This document shows positions 27,513 to 39,798 of a stretch of 64,000 bases of DNA, piece after piece. This stretch comes from Azolla caroliniana (taxonomy: Eukaryota > Plantae > Polypodiophyta). A program made the translations under genes and the position numbers. The notes beneath the pieces were generated by a model. That model worked only from the letters and a program-made list of their open reading frames with translations. It was not told where the DNA came from and searched no databases. Where the stretch lies: the NCBI GenBank assembly GCA_043228905.1, contig JBHGNT010000020.1:2294001-2358000 (forward strand), given 5' to 3'. The first letter of the stretch is position 1, and the number at the start of each line of letters is the position of its first letter.

Positions 27513-29558
27513 ATGGAGGAGCAAATGAGGCTTATGTGTACGATGATGGAACGAGTGATGCGGGAACAAGGGATGATGGCAAGCATCGACAAAGCCGTCG
27601 ACAATATTCTCGCACGAGTAAGAATCTTCGAAGGTATAAATTTAACAAGATTTCTGAAGATTTATAATGAAGAAATGCTTAAACGCGGTGTCGACGAAGC
27701 TACAAAAATTAATAGCTTTAGTCGAGTCGCTGCAATTGGGCTACAAGAGAGGATCCAAGAGCTCCAAAGGGAGAATCAGACATGGACAACATTCGAAAGG
27801 GCATTACTCAATGAATACAACCTCAACGATATGTCAAGGATGACAAGGCGAGCTTTCATGGATTGGGTAGAGTCTAATAAACATTTAAGTGTTTTGGAAG
27901 TATTAAAAGAGTTTTCTGAAAGATTTGAGCAACTAAATGTTAGAGATAGAAATATAATAGTGCCAGATAAAGTCATATTGTTTCTACAAGCTACTAATAT
28001 TAAAGACAGGAAGGACTTGGGAATGCTTTTAGAAGATCAGAACAGTCCAAGTGGACTTACCGAAGACTGGGAGGAGGTGAAAAGGACGTGCACCCATTTC
28101 TACAAAAGAAAGTTATGGTTTATGGAGTTGCCCGACAGAAATGATGAAGAAATGGGGAATGAGTCGGGAGAAAAGAAAGTAGAAGAATCACTCTTACACG
28201 AATTGGTGAAAGGCATGAAAGACTTGTCGATCAAAATGACGAAGCTAGAATCGGGACAAAGCTCGACTTCATCAAGGCAAGGAGGTGGAATGGTGCGAAG
28301 GTGTATGTGGTGTGATAGTATCGACCACCAGAAGAAAGATTGTCAAGAGCATAGGGATGCTCTTAATCATAATAAAATCTACTATCAAGATGGCAAGATT
28401 CACTCGACAGAGACTCGACAACCACTTCAACTTAACTTCGGGCGAGGAGGAATGAAAAAGCTAATGGAAGATGCCGAGAGAGAAACGACTCAAGCGATAC
28501 AATCCGTGGCAACCTTAGGATTGCGCGTAGAAGACTCATATGGTGGATCTGAATTTTGGCAAGATGTGATGGATTATGCAAGAAAAGGGAAGGTTCGAGT
28601 GGATGAATTAAAAAGAGCGGGAGATGAAATACGAAACTTCACTGGATGGAATGATCCAGTAGATGCGCTATCAGCATTCGCCCAAGTGAATGCACAAGAT
28701 GTGCTAGTGGAAGAGAAGCGGAAGAGAGCTAAGGAAGCTGATCCAACAAAGAAACACGAGACACAAGAACAACTTCAGAGAAGAGAGATGGAAAAGAATG
28801 CTCATGAGTCGAAAGAAGCTGATAAAGTAAAAGGGAAGACAAACCCAACTTTCCAGCTTGCGTCGGACACAGAAGACGTGACAGATTTAAAACACATCAC
28901 GAAAGAAGTTACGAGAGTGTGTTCAGCAACACTCCAAGATCTAGATCGTGACACCATCAATGTTGCAAGTGTTAAGAAGATAAATAATATTGCAATTCAT
29001 GAAGGGGATAGGAGTCATTATACAAAGAACCATTGGACTCAAGCAACAACAAAGGCGCCTACAAAAATTGCGGAGCAACAAATTCCTTATATTTCTTTGA
29101 TAGATCATGGATCAAAAATTAACATGATGTCTTCGGAATGTTATGCTCAAGGAAGGTGGCCAATAGATAATAATCATGGGTCGAAGAAAATAGTTGCAAC
29201 AAAGATGACGGAGGATCTATTCGGAGCATGTCCCAGTGTGAAAGTAACAATGGGAGATGTGTCGGTGGATCAAAATTACTATGTGCAAGATGGATCAACC
29301 TACCCCGTCATCCTTGGTCAATCATACAATAGCGTAGTATGTATAGAAACAAAGGATGGTGAACCATACATCAACGTAGTAAGGATGGAAACAACTGTGA
29401 TTGATGATGATTCGACTTTCGTGAGGATCAAGATTCAGGATGGAAGGAAGAGGGGCCAGTTCTTAACCATGACGTCTAACCGTGAAAGAAACAAAGAATG
29501 GTTGAGGGAAGATCCAGCTCAAAAACGGAATGAAGAGTATTTTCAAGATTTTGGATGA
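27513..29558 (+). CDS. gag: Gag-protease polyprotein (681 aa, intact frame)
   Basis: CMWCDSIDHQKKDC zinc knuckle; LIDHGSKINMM aspartic protease motif and YPVILGQ. Confidence 0.85.
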   Translation: MEEQMRLMCTMMERVMREQGMMASIDKAVDNILARVRIFEGINLTRFLKIYNEEMLKRGVDEATKINSFSRVAAIGLQERIQELQRENQTWTTFERALLNEYNLNDMSRMTRRAFMDWVESNKHLSVLEVLKEFSERFEQLNVRDRNIIVPDKVILFLQATNIKDRKDLGMLLEDQNSPSGLTEDWEEVKRTCTHFYKRKLWFMELPDRNDEEMGNESGEKKVEESLLHELVKGMKDLSIKMTKLESGQSSTSSRQGGGMVRRCMWCDSIDHQKKDCQEHRDALNHNKIYYQDGKIHSTETRQPLQLNFGRGGMKKLMEDAERETTQAIQSVATLGLRVEDSYGGSEFWQDVMDYARKGKVRVDELKRAGDEIRNFTGWNDPVDALSAFAQVNAQDVLVEEKRKRAKEADPTKKHETQEQLQRREMEKNAHESKEADKVKGKTNPTFQLASDTEDVTDLKHITKEVTRVCSATLQDLDRDTINVASVKKINNIAIHEGDRSHYTKNHWTQATTKAPTKIAEQQIPYISLIDHGSKINMMSSECYAQGRWPIDNNHGSKKIVATKMTEDLFGACPSVKVTMGDVSVDQNYYVQDGSTYPVILGQSYNSVVCIETKDGEPYINVVRMETTVIDDDSTFVRIKIQDGRKRGQFLTMTSNRERNKEWLREDPAQKRNEEYFQDFG

Positions 29559-31373
29559 ACTTTGCACAACCAGTGTGCAAGTTCAGAGGGGGTGGGTGTC
29601 GTGAAGGATTTGCTTCACGATATAAAAATAAATTTAAATATTGAATTCAATAATATTTCAAACACTTGAACCCCCAACCTTATAAACCAAGCACAATGTA
29701 TATACCACTAGGGTAGGCTATTTGTTTTTAGAAATGTTATCAAGAATGTGCTTCACTATATAAGAATCAACTTAAATATTGTATTAAGTAAAATTGAGGG
29801 ACTTGAACCTTCAACCTTGTATATCAAGCACAAAGCATACACCACTAAGCTAGGTTATTTGTTTTAGGGTTATATCCATCATTATACTTATCCCAATACA
29901 TGGGAGCTCAAATGAGCATGATGTCTATCATGCATCACATGCAATGCATGTGCGCCAAATGGTGATCATGCATCAGATGTAACTCATGCATTACATGCAT
30001 GCCATTACCATATGCATGGAAATACTTATAAAAAGAGGGGATAGGAAAACAAAAGGGGATCAATCAAGGGAGAGAGAGAAAATAATACAATCAAGTAGAG
30101 AAGACTAGCTCATTGGGTGGAGAACCTCTCGTTTCGATCTTGAGGTCGTGGGTTCAAATCAAGGGTCGGTAGAGAATGTGTTCAGTTTGCAATCAAGGAT
30201 TGTAAAGTTGGTAAAATATTGTCTTTTTAATATACATCATGTTTATATCAAATACTCTTGCTTATTGATTCATACTTTGTCTCAATCTTCCTTATTAAAT
30301 CATATTTTGTCTCTATCTTGCTTCTTGAATCATATATTGTCTCTATCTTCTATCTATTCTCATCTCTCTCTCACACGCACATTACTCGTAACTCTTCTTC
30401 TTGCTACTCTTAACCTTTCTAACATCACCATACAAGCCTTATTAAAATTTAAGTTCCTTCAACTCCCCTTAACCTTCGTCCCTGCGACTTCGCCGCACGA
30501 ACCACAACTACCCCGACACCGGTCCACCACAATAGAGACATAATCGATTTGCTCGGCATCGCTGCTTTTCCTCTTCTGATAATGATTCGCGACAACGTGT
30601 GGAGTCGATTTCCATCGGAGTTGGAGTATTTGCTAGAGACACATTATATGACTCCCTTGGAAAAGGTTTTGCTACAACTGAGGCGTGAGTGGGCTCTGAT
30701 CTTGTATTTGGCATCTAGAACTGACGTTCTGTCGTCGTTCGAAAAGGCGGTTATTGCATCGCACCGCGCGACTGATTGCTTCTTGTTGGGATATGTCCCT
30801 CCAGTGGGAGGAAGATCCGACCGTCCGGAAAGCCGACAGTCGAGGAGCTGAGTTGATGAAGGACTTGGCCGAGGCCGAAACCGGAACCGTGTAAATAGCT
30901 AACTCAAGAGACTATACTTGTAAATAGTCTAAGTGTGCGCTCCATGAGGGCTACGTATGTAAATAATTGGAAAGTTGCGTAAGCATATATGCAACTAGGG
31001 CAAACTTTTAGGGTGTGTGTTAGTAGAGAGGAACAGAAATAGTAGAAAACTCTGTGCAAAAAGCGTGCAAGAGAGTGACAGAGAGAGAAGTGTGCGTCGT
31101 GCCATAGTTGTGTTTGTAACAGCAGACGCAAAGAGCCCTGTGCGGCTAATACACTCCATAGAGTGTTGTAATCATCTCTGTTTTGTATATCCACTATATT
31201 ATAGTGAAGATTCTGTTCTCCCGTAGTTTTTCCTGTTTCAAGGTTTCCACGTAAATCTCTGTGTACATCTGTTGTTTATCTTGTTATTTCTTACATTTCT
31301 GTGTGATTCATATTTCAGCGCATTATTTGTCTATTGTGATCTATTCCGTGACGATTTCTCAACAAACTAGTAT

Positions 31374-31764
31374 TGTTGGCCGGTCAGAAGAGCAAGGACA
31401 AGTGGGAAGGCGGAGTCGTATCGGATAATAGGAAGTAAATGATAGTAGAATTATTATTCGGAGGGACGGATCCGGTACAGTTGTACCGATCCGGATCCGG
31501 ACCGATTCGGATGTCGGTTGCCTAAGCGCACCGATTGTAACCTTGCCGGATGCCTATAAAAGGATCCGATGATTTGTAAAGGGTTTGACGGAAGTAATAC
31601 AAATAGAATTATTGCGTGTTTATCTGTATCTCTGTATTGTTTTACCATCTGTGCTTAATTGTAATAATCTTACGCGTGTAACCTAGCATCCAATCCTTAC
31701 CACCCCTTTGGAGAAGTGTCGGATAGACACCTGTGTTGAGGCTAGTCCGGCCAGGCAGACAACA
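31374..31764 (+). mobile_element. Solo LTR inserted into the PBS of copia F
   Basis: TGTTG...CAACA; TSD AGTAT splits TAGTAT|CAGAGC. Confidence 0.88.
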
Positions 31765-33077
31765 AGTATCAGAGCTGAGAGGTGACCTTCTCATAGTTAA
31801 AGACCTGTACGAGCTAGTTGACAGAGCAGAAATACCCAGGGGGGTATTGGAGTCAGACTGGAAGCTTCTAAATAGGAAGGCGGTGGCCACAATCATACAA
31901 TGCGTCGACGTAAGTGTCCTTCAGCATGTGGCGAATGACACAAATGCTTATGAGATGTGGCAAAAGTTGTCGGGTCTGTACGAGAGGAAGAACGCGCTAA
32001 ACAGAACCTCGCTAATGAGAAAAATCGTATGGCTGAAATACAGAGACGGTGAGAGCATTGTCGAACACATCAGCACATTCATGGGGTATGTGAATCAACT
32101 TGCAGCGACCAAGTTTCCCCTGGATGACGCAATGCAGGCCATCCTGCTGATGTGCACACTGTCGGAAAGCTGGGAGAACTTGGTGGTTACTCTCAGCACC
32201 TCTTGTCAAGAAGAAAACTTGTCTTTATAGACGGTGAAGACAAGCATCCTGAATGAGGAGGCAAGGAGGAAAGACAAAGGAGTCATGTCCAAAACGGAGT
32301 CGAATCTGACTCAACATATGGATAGAGGAAGGGACCGGTGAAGAAGAAGTCTACAACGAACGGACAAATCCCATGCCAGATCGAAGTCCAGAGATAAGCC
32401 TGTGTGCTTCTATTGCGGAAAACCTGGACACTTCCAGAAGGACTGCCGACACATGAAGAAAGATAAGTCGGTCGGAAACAATGTCGAACCCCGGAAGATT
32501 TTGGATGAAAAGAACACTTTGGCCATTGCTACGAGCAATGAGGAACTTATGTTCATCTATGAACAGACAAGTGCAAATCTTGCAAGCAAAGAGTGCCCTT
32601 GGGTGATCGACTCCGGCGCATCCTTTCACATTACTCCGTCAAGAGAGTACTTCTCAACTTACATAGCTAGGGATCATGGCTATGTAAAGATGGGTGATAA
32701 TGGAAAGTGCAAGATAATCGGAGTCAGAAGTGTGTGCTTAACGACGTCGACAGGGTGTCCACTAACGTTGAAGGATATTCGACACGTCCCCGATATCAAA
32801 TTGAATCTGATATCGACTGGAAGGCTTGATGACGAAGGCTATAGTAGTAGTTTTCGGAATGGCAAGTAGAAGTTCTACCGAGGAAATCTTATAGTGGCCC
32901 GAGCACAGAAAGAAGGCACATTGTATACGATGCATGCCCAACTGTGCAAATCGGAAGTAAACGTGGCAGCCGACTCGGCAAGGGAGATATGGCATAAGAG
33001 GCTAGGCCACATGAGTGAGAAGGGAATGCACCTGTTAGGAGACCAGAAACTTCTACCAGAAGTCAAGGGAGTGCACC

Positions 33078-33755
33078 TGTTAGGAAACAGGTCCCTCCGG
33101 ATGGGCAGTGAGAAGAACAGTGTTGATGAGCCTTGGCCGAATCCGGATGTGGAGTACTCGGCAACGGAAGACCCAATGAGAACCGGATGTGGAGTACCCG
33201 GCAAGGGCCGGATGGTGAAGGCCCGGTGAGAACCGGATGACAAGTGCCCGACAAGCGCCGGATGATGCAAGCCTGGTGAGGAGTGCTCACCGGATGAAGG
33301 GACATATTCGTAAATATGTTTCTGAGAGCCCATTGGGGCTATATTTGTAAATGGCCGAAAAGTCATATTAGTATAAATATGAGTTAGGGCAAACTTAGTG
33401 AATGTGTGGTCATTCTTGTTGGTGCAAGATTTGACTGCAACCGTGTACAGAGAGAGAGAGAGAGAGAGAGAGTGAGTGAGAGACGAAGAGGACGTTGTCT
33501 CTGTTGTAACCGCTGCCTGTGGCGAAGACAGTGAACAAGAGGTCGTTGCCTCTGTGTTCATCTATTGTACATTGTAACATAGTGATAGTTTGCAGCCTAT
33601 GGACTGCCGTGGTTTTTTCCCGTGTTTGGGTTTTCCACGTAAAAATCCTGTGTACTCTTCTCTTTACTATGTCGTGCATACATTACCCATTTTCTGTGTT
33701 TCATCCTAGACTTGGTTGTGACCGAGCATTGTTGGCCGAGCGTGTAGTCCCTTCA
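33078..33755 (+). mobile_element. Copia-type solo LTR
   Basis: TG...CA; TSD GCACC; removal restores EVKGVHLEKC of the F integrase. Confidence 0.9.
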
Positions 33756-36700
33756 GCACCTGGAGAAGTGTGTTGACTGCTTAGCCGGAAAGTAGAACCG
33801 GGTGACATTCCACTCGAGACCACCGAGGAGAAGAGAAGCTGCACTGGAACTAGTGCACACAGATGTGTGCTATGTGGATGCCCCATCGCATCGAGGTGGA
33901 CAGTACTTCGTGACATTCATTGACAACCATAGTCGGAAGACATGGGCCTTCGTACTAAAGTCGAAGGATCAAGTACTATCGGTTTTCAAAGAGTTCCAGG
34001 CAAGAACCGAAAGAGAGTCGTGTTGAAAACTGAAGGTTGTCCAAACCGACAATGGTGGTGAGTACAAAGGGGAGTTCGAAGAATACTACAAGTGCCAAGG
34101 TATTCAGATCGAATACACAGTGCCAAAGACCCCATAGTTGAACGGGCTTGCAGAGAGGATGAATCAAACGATCATGGAGAGAGTAAGGAGCATGCTCTCT
34201 CATGCGAAACTGCTGAAATCCTATTGGGCTGAGGCGTTGTACACAGTTGTTTATTTGATCAACAGGTCCCCCTATTCATGGGATACTCGGAAGATGAGTT
34301 CGGCTATAGGCTATGGGACCTAGTCGACAAGAAGGTAGTGAGAAGTTGTGATGTAGTCTTTCTAGAGGACAAGACAATTGAAGACTAGAAGCAATAGAAG
34401 TCGGAAACGACTCCCCAATCAACCTCGACTACCATCGACTTAAGGCCAAGTGAGTCATCACCGACAGCTGGAAGGAGACAACTGGCTGACAGAGCCAAAT
34501 CCGAGTCGGTCGACTCGAAAAGACTGACAGATTATGAGTCGGAGTCGGCAGAGCTGCTAAAATCAATTGAAGAATATGAGTTGGCGCTGTCCAACCTGGA
34601 GATGCCGATTGATGAGCCGAATCCCGAGCAAAGAGACATCTGGAAAAGAGCCAACAACTAGTGGACGAAGATACCCACTCAGAGAAAGGAAGGCACCGAT
34701 TACATATGCCAGTCAATACATTCTCTTGACTGATGATGGTGAACCAGAGTGCTATGAAGAAGCAATTTCCGACGAGAGCAAAGAAAAATGGTTGAACGCG
34801 ATGCAAGAGGAGATGGAATCTTTGCACGCAAATTACACCTACGACCTAGTAGAGTTGTCGAAAGGTAAGAGAGCATTCAGGAATAAGTGGGTTTAGAAGG
34901 TGAAGACTGGAGAAGTTGACAGCGAGCCCAGGTATAAAGCTTGCATAGTGATGAAGGGGTTCCAACAGAGGAAGGGCGTCGACTTTGATGAGATATTCAC
35001 ACCAGTCATGAAGATGACATCGATTCGAACTGTTCTGAGCATAGCAGCCAGCATGGATCTGGAGATCGAATAGTTGGATGTTAAAACTGCATTTCTGCAC
35101 GGGGAGCTAGAAGAAGAAATCTACATACAGCAACCCGAAGGGTTTGAGGAGAAAGGGAAAGAGAATTTGGTGTGTCGACTGAGGAAAAGCTTGTACGGTC
35201 TGTAACAAGCCCCACGCCAATGGTACAAGAAATTTGAGTCCTTCATAATGGAACATCGGTTCCAGAAAACACATGCCGATCACTGTGTTCATCAAAAGGT
35301 ACGAGGAAGGAGATTTCTTGATTCTCTTGTTATACGTTGATGATATGTTGATAGTCGACCAAGATGCAAGGAAGATTGGAAGCTTGAAGAAAGCTCTTGG
35401 CAAATCATTTTCCATGAAAGACCTTGGACCGGGAAAGCAAATCCTAGGAATGCACATAACCCGAAATAGAGCTCGGAAGGTGCTATGGTTGTCACAACAA
35501 AAGTATGTGACAAAGATCCTAGAGAGGTTCAACATGTCGAATGGAAAGCCGGTCGCCTCCGTGTTGCCGACAAACTGCAGATTAAATGCGAAGCAGTGTC
35601 CGAAAGGGCAGAAGGAAAAGGCTAAGATGAAGAAGGTACCATATGCCTCGGCTGTCGGCAGTCTAATGTATGCTATGTTCTATACGAGACCGGACATAGC
35701 ATTTGTTGTAGGAGCAGTAAGGCGATATATGAGTAATCCAAGGAGAGAACACTAGGTAGCGGTGAAATGGATACTTAGGTACTTGAAAGGCACCTCGGAG
35801 GTGTGCCTAAGGTACGGTGTCGGAAAACCTGTGCTAGAAGGTTTTACCGATTCAGACATGTCTGGAGATACCGACTCGAGCCGATCCACGTCAGGGTACG
35901 TGATGACCTATGCAAGGGGAGCAGTGTCATGGCAGTCACGACTGTAGAAGTCTATAGCCTTGTCGACTATAGAGGTAGAATATATGGCAGCGGTAGAAGC
36001 CGGAAAAGAGCTGATCTGGATGAGAAATTTTCTCACCGAACTAGGCATGAAGCAAAAGGAGTTCTTGCTTCACTATGACAGCCAAAGCGCCATACACCTA
36101 GCCAAGAACGCGGCATACCACTCCCGGACCAAGCACATACAGAGAAGGTATCACTGGTTACGAGAGAGAGTCAAAGAAGGAGAATTTGGTCTTGAGAAGA
36201 TCCATACTGACGACAATGGATCCGACATGCTGACGAAGAACCTACCTATGGACAGACTCAGAGTCTATCGAGAGAATACAGGACTGACATATTTCCTCCC
36301 ACAGGAGTGAAGGGGGAGTTTGTTGGGTTATGTCCCTCCAGTGGGAGGAAGATCCGACCGTCTGGAAAGCCGACAGTAGAGGAGCCGAGTTGATGAGGGA
36401 CTCGGCCGAGGCCGAAACCGGAACCATGTGAGAGAGAGAGAAGCGTGAGCTGCGCCATAGCTATGTTTGTAACAACAGACGCGAAGATCCATGTGCGGCT
36501 AATACACTCCATAGAGTGTTGTAATCATCTTTGTTTTGTATATGCACTATATTATAGTGAAGATTCTGTTCTCCTGTGGTTTTTCCCGTTTCAGGGTTTC
36601 CACGTAAATCTCTGTGTACATCTATCGTTTATCTTGTCTTTGTTATTTCTTGCATTTCTGTGTGATTCATATTTTAGCGCATTATTTGTCTATTGTGATC

Positions 36701-39557
36701 TATTCCACGACGATTTCTCAACACTTCTGTCAATGACTTTGGTTCTTCGGGGAAAATTAAGAGTAAATCCTTGACATCATTACGTAGGCCAAAACGAGAT
36801 TGCTCCATTAATGTCTGGTCATCCTAGGGAATATCGGTGACGAGAAGACGGAAATCCACAGCATAAGCCGAGGCCAACCGCTCACCTTGGCACAATCTTC
36901 GGGTTTTGTTGATTGTCGTCCTAACATTGTCGGTATCTCCAAAACAGGCTTTAAACTCGCTAATAAACTCTTCAAAAATATTTATCAAGGGAAAGTTTTT
37001 TTCTAACAGGAGGGCGAACCATGCCAAAGTTGTGCCACTAAGTAGCGTGCCTACTAGTCACACTCGTGATGCATCGGTGGGATATTGAGAAGGATGCATT
37101 TAAATCACTAAGTGTACTTGATTAAGACAACCTCTGAACTGTGATTGGGTCCCATCAAATTTCATAGGAAGTCCGATCTTGGGTTCTTTGTGAGCTCCTT
37201 GAGCGCTTGATCCATGTTGTTGTAGTGATACAATAGTCGCATCAAGTTGTTGTAAACGTAATGTCAGCTCCCACTGTTGTTGTTTTTCTAAAGCTAATGG
37301 TTGAAGATCCCCCAACAGACGGCGATTTTCTTGTTCTAATGCTACAAACTTCTCTTTTAAGCATTGAAGCTCCGAGAAAACAGATTGGTATTCCTGAGCG
37401 CTAACAATTGCCATTTTACTAGGGAGGATAAGAGGATTAGTATGAAAGGAAGGAGGGGTAAGAGGATGAGGGGAAAATCGGTTCAAACTGTCAGGAAAAG
37501 TACTAAGACAGAGAGGGAATCAGTACTAAAAGATGCGAATTAGTACTAAGAGAGAGAAAAGGGTGTAGAACTCACGAGAGAAGGAGAGAGAGAGAGAGAA
37601 TGATGATAACAAAAGATATATATATTATATTATATGAAGAGTAACTACAATAATAGCTATGAGGCTTAAGACTGGCGTTGAACCAATTTGGTTTGAAATA
37701 ATGCCTTGTGCCTCCTTTTATAGTGTTTTCAAGAGTACTCCAGAAGTTTCTAGAATGTTCCAGAAAAATTTGGAAATATACATCAATTTTCTATAGTGAA
37801 ATAATAAATGAAAATAAATTCGTCGTATTACAATATATAGTCTAATGGCAAGGGCTCGACCCATGCAACATAAGGTCATAGGTTGGAATCTTCCCATATC
37901 ATGACAATAGTAGTAGTGATGTGTAGTAGGGGCTACACTTGTAAATAGCCCATATGATGTATGAGTATAAATATATCTAGGGAAAACGTAGAGCAAGTGA
38001 GAGGAAGAATACAATGAGAGAGTTGCGCCATAGTTGTGTGTGTAACAGCCAGCGCCAAGAGCCCTGATACACTCCACAGAGAGTGTTGTAATCTTCTCCA
38101 TTTGTATATCCACTGATGGTTTTTTCCCTTGTTCAGGGTTTCCATGTAAAATCCGTGTGCATTGTTTTGTGTGTGTGTCGAGTTGTGTATTCTTCTTGTG
38201 GATTAACGATTCATTTCTCAACTAGTATCAGAGCTTGAGGTTCAAGTATGGAAGGAGGTGTGAGCGACTTCCCAGTTATGATAGTTCTAAACTCACAGAA
38301 CTATGCAGACTGTAAGATAAAGATGGAGGACCTTCTCATAGTCAAAGACCTATATGAGCTGATCGACAAAGCAAAAATACCCACGGGGGTATTAGAGTCG
38401 GAATGGAAACTTCTTAACTGAAAGGCGGTAGCCACCATTCGACAGTGCGTCAATGTAAGTGTCCTTCAGCATGTGGCGAACGACACAAATGCACACGAGA
38501 TGGCAGGAGCTATTAGGTCTATACGAGAGGAAGAATGCCCTAAATAAAACCTCACTGATGAGAAAGATCGTACGGCTGAAATATAGATACGGTGAGAGCA
38601 TCGTCGAACACATCAACACATTCATGGGGTATGTAAATCAACTTGCTACAACCAAGTTTCCCTTGGTGATGCGATGCAGGCCATCCTACTGATGTGCACA
38701 TTGTCGAATAGTTGGGAGAACCTGGTGGTTACTCTCAACACCTCCTGCCATGAAGAGAACTTGACTTTACAAGTGGTGAAGACAAGCATCCTAAATGAGG
38801 AAGCGAGAAGGACAAGGGTGTCCTGTGTCATTCATATGTGAATATGTGATAACATTCGGTCAGAGGAAGGAACCGACAAAGGAGTCCACTAAGGAGAGAA
38901 AAGTTCCATGCCAGATCGAAGTCCAGAGGTAAGCTAACATGCTTTTATTGTGGAAAGCCTGGACATTTCTAGAAGCAGTGCCAACATCTTAAGAAGGACA
39001 AGAGTGTCAGTAATAATGTTGAACCTAGGAAGATTCCTGATGAAAAGAGCACTTCGGCCATTGCTACAAACAATAAAGAACTCTTGTTCATTTGTGAACA
39101 TGCAAGTGCAAATCTTGCAAGCGAAGAATGCACTTGGGTGATCGACTCCAGTGCATCTTTTCACATAACTCCATCGAGAGAGTATTTCTCAACTTACATA
39201 GCCGATGATCATGGCTGTGTAAAGATGGGTGAGAATGGAGAGTGCAAGGTAGCCGGAGTCGGCAGTATCTGCTTGACGACATGGATAGGGTGTCAGCTGA
39301 CTCTGAAGGATGTTCGACACATCCCCTTTATCAGATTGAATCTGATATCGAATGGAAAGATGGACGACGAAGGATATAGTGGTAGCTTTCATAATGGCAA
39401 GTGGAAGTTCTGTCGTGGAAACCTCATTGCGGCTAGAGCACAGAAAGAAGGCACACTATACACAATGCATGCCCGACTATGTGAGTCGGAAGTGAATGTG
39501 GCCATGCCACATGAGTGATAAGGGTCTGCATTTGTTAGCCAACCAGAAACTTCTGCC

Positions 39558-39635
39558 CATAGTTGTTAAAAAACAAGTATTCTACATTTAGAGTACATTT
39601 TAAAATACTCTGAAGTATTCTACACGTATTCTTGT
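39558..39635. mobile_element. Possible DNA-transposon (hAT-like) terminus
   Basis: Copia J breaks off at CATAGTTGTTAAAA followed by repeated GTATTCT motifs; the partner end is not in the window. Confidence 0.3.
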
Positions 39636-39798
39636 TGTCAGCCGGAATAGTAACCGACGGACAAAAGCCTAGGAATAAGAAATTATATAAGAGCATAACG
39701 CATGTAACGGTTCACGCAGGAAGCGTGAACGGCTAATTAGACCCTGCATATACAAAGAGCAGAAAACCTCTGATGGAGGGGCGTGTAATTTTGGGGAA

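Larger units (their letters stand above)
26552..30518 (+). mobile_element. Non-autonomous tRNA-Trp-primed LTR element E (gag-protease only), very recent
   Basis: 922-bp LTRs 26552-27473 and 29597-30518 with no differences noticed; PBS 27478-27494; PPT 29585-29596; TSD CCGG. Confidence 0.95.
30784..36723 (+). mobile_element. Ty1/copia element F, degenerate
   Basis: LTRs 30784-31364 and 36321-36723 (3' copy has an internal deletion); TSD CTTCT; CFYCGKPGH, WVIDSGASFH, IN, LLYVDD, RTKHIQRRYHW; PPT 36305-36318. Confidence 0.92.
10424..37906 (-). mobile_element. Tcn1-like chromovirus K (Ty3/gypsy), degenerate, hosting nested insertions B, solo 23776, E and F
   Basis: LTRs 10424-10840 and 37489-37906; TSD ATAGT. 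Pieces: gag 36729-37414 and 30523-30783, PR LLDSGA 25768-26328, RT YLDD 24912-25716, RH 24594-24872, IN 22485-23775, chromodomain 10850-11003. Confidence 0.92.
10128..39557 (+). mobile_element. Ty1/copia element J (5' LTR 10128-10423 + 37912-38220; gag-PR 38248-39557), split by chromovirus K and truncated
   Basis: LTR start resembles 30784 and 33078; it resumes after TSD ATAGT; PBS TAGTATCAGAGC at 38223-38234; gag and WVIDSSASFH protease are homologous to element F. Confidence 0.8.

Noticed and set aside
33020-33090. Apparent tandem duplication GCACCTGTTAGGA
   Set aside because: The second copy is created by the TSD GCACC plus the TGTTAGG start of the solo LTR; the match is coincidental.
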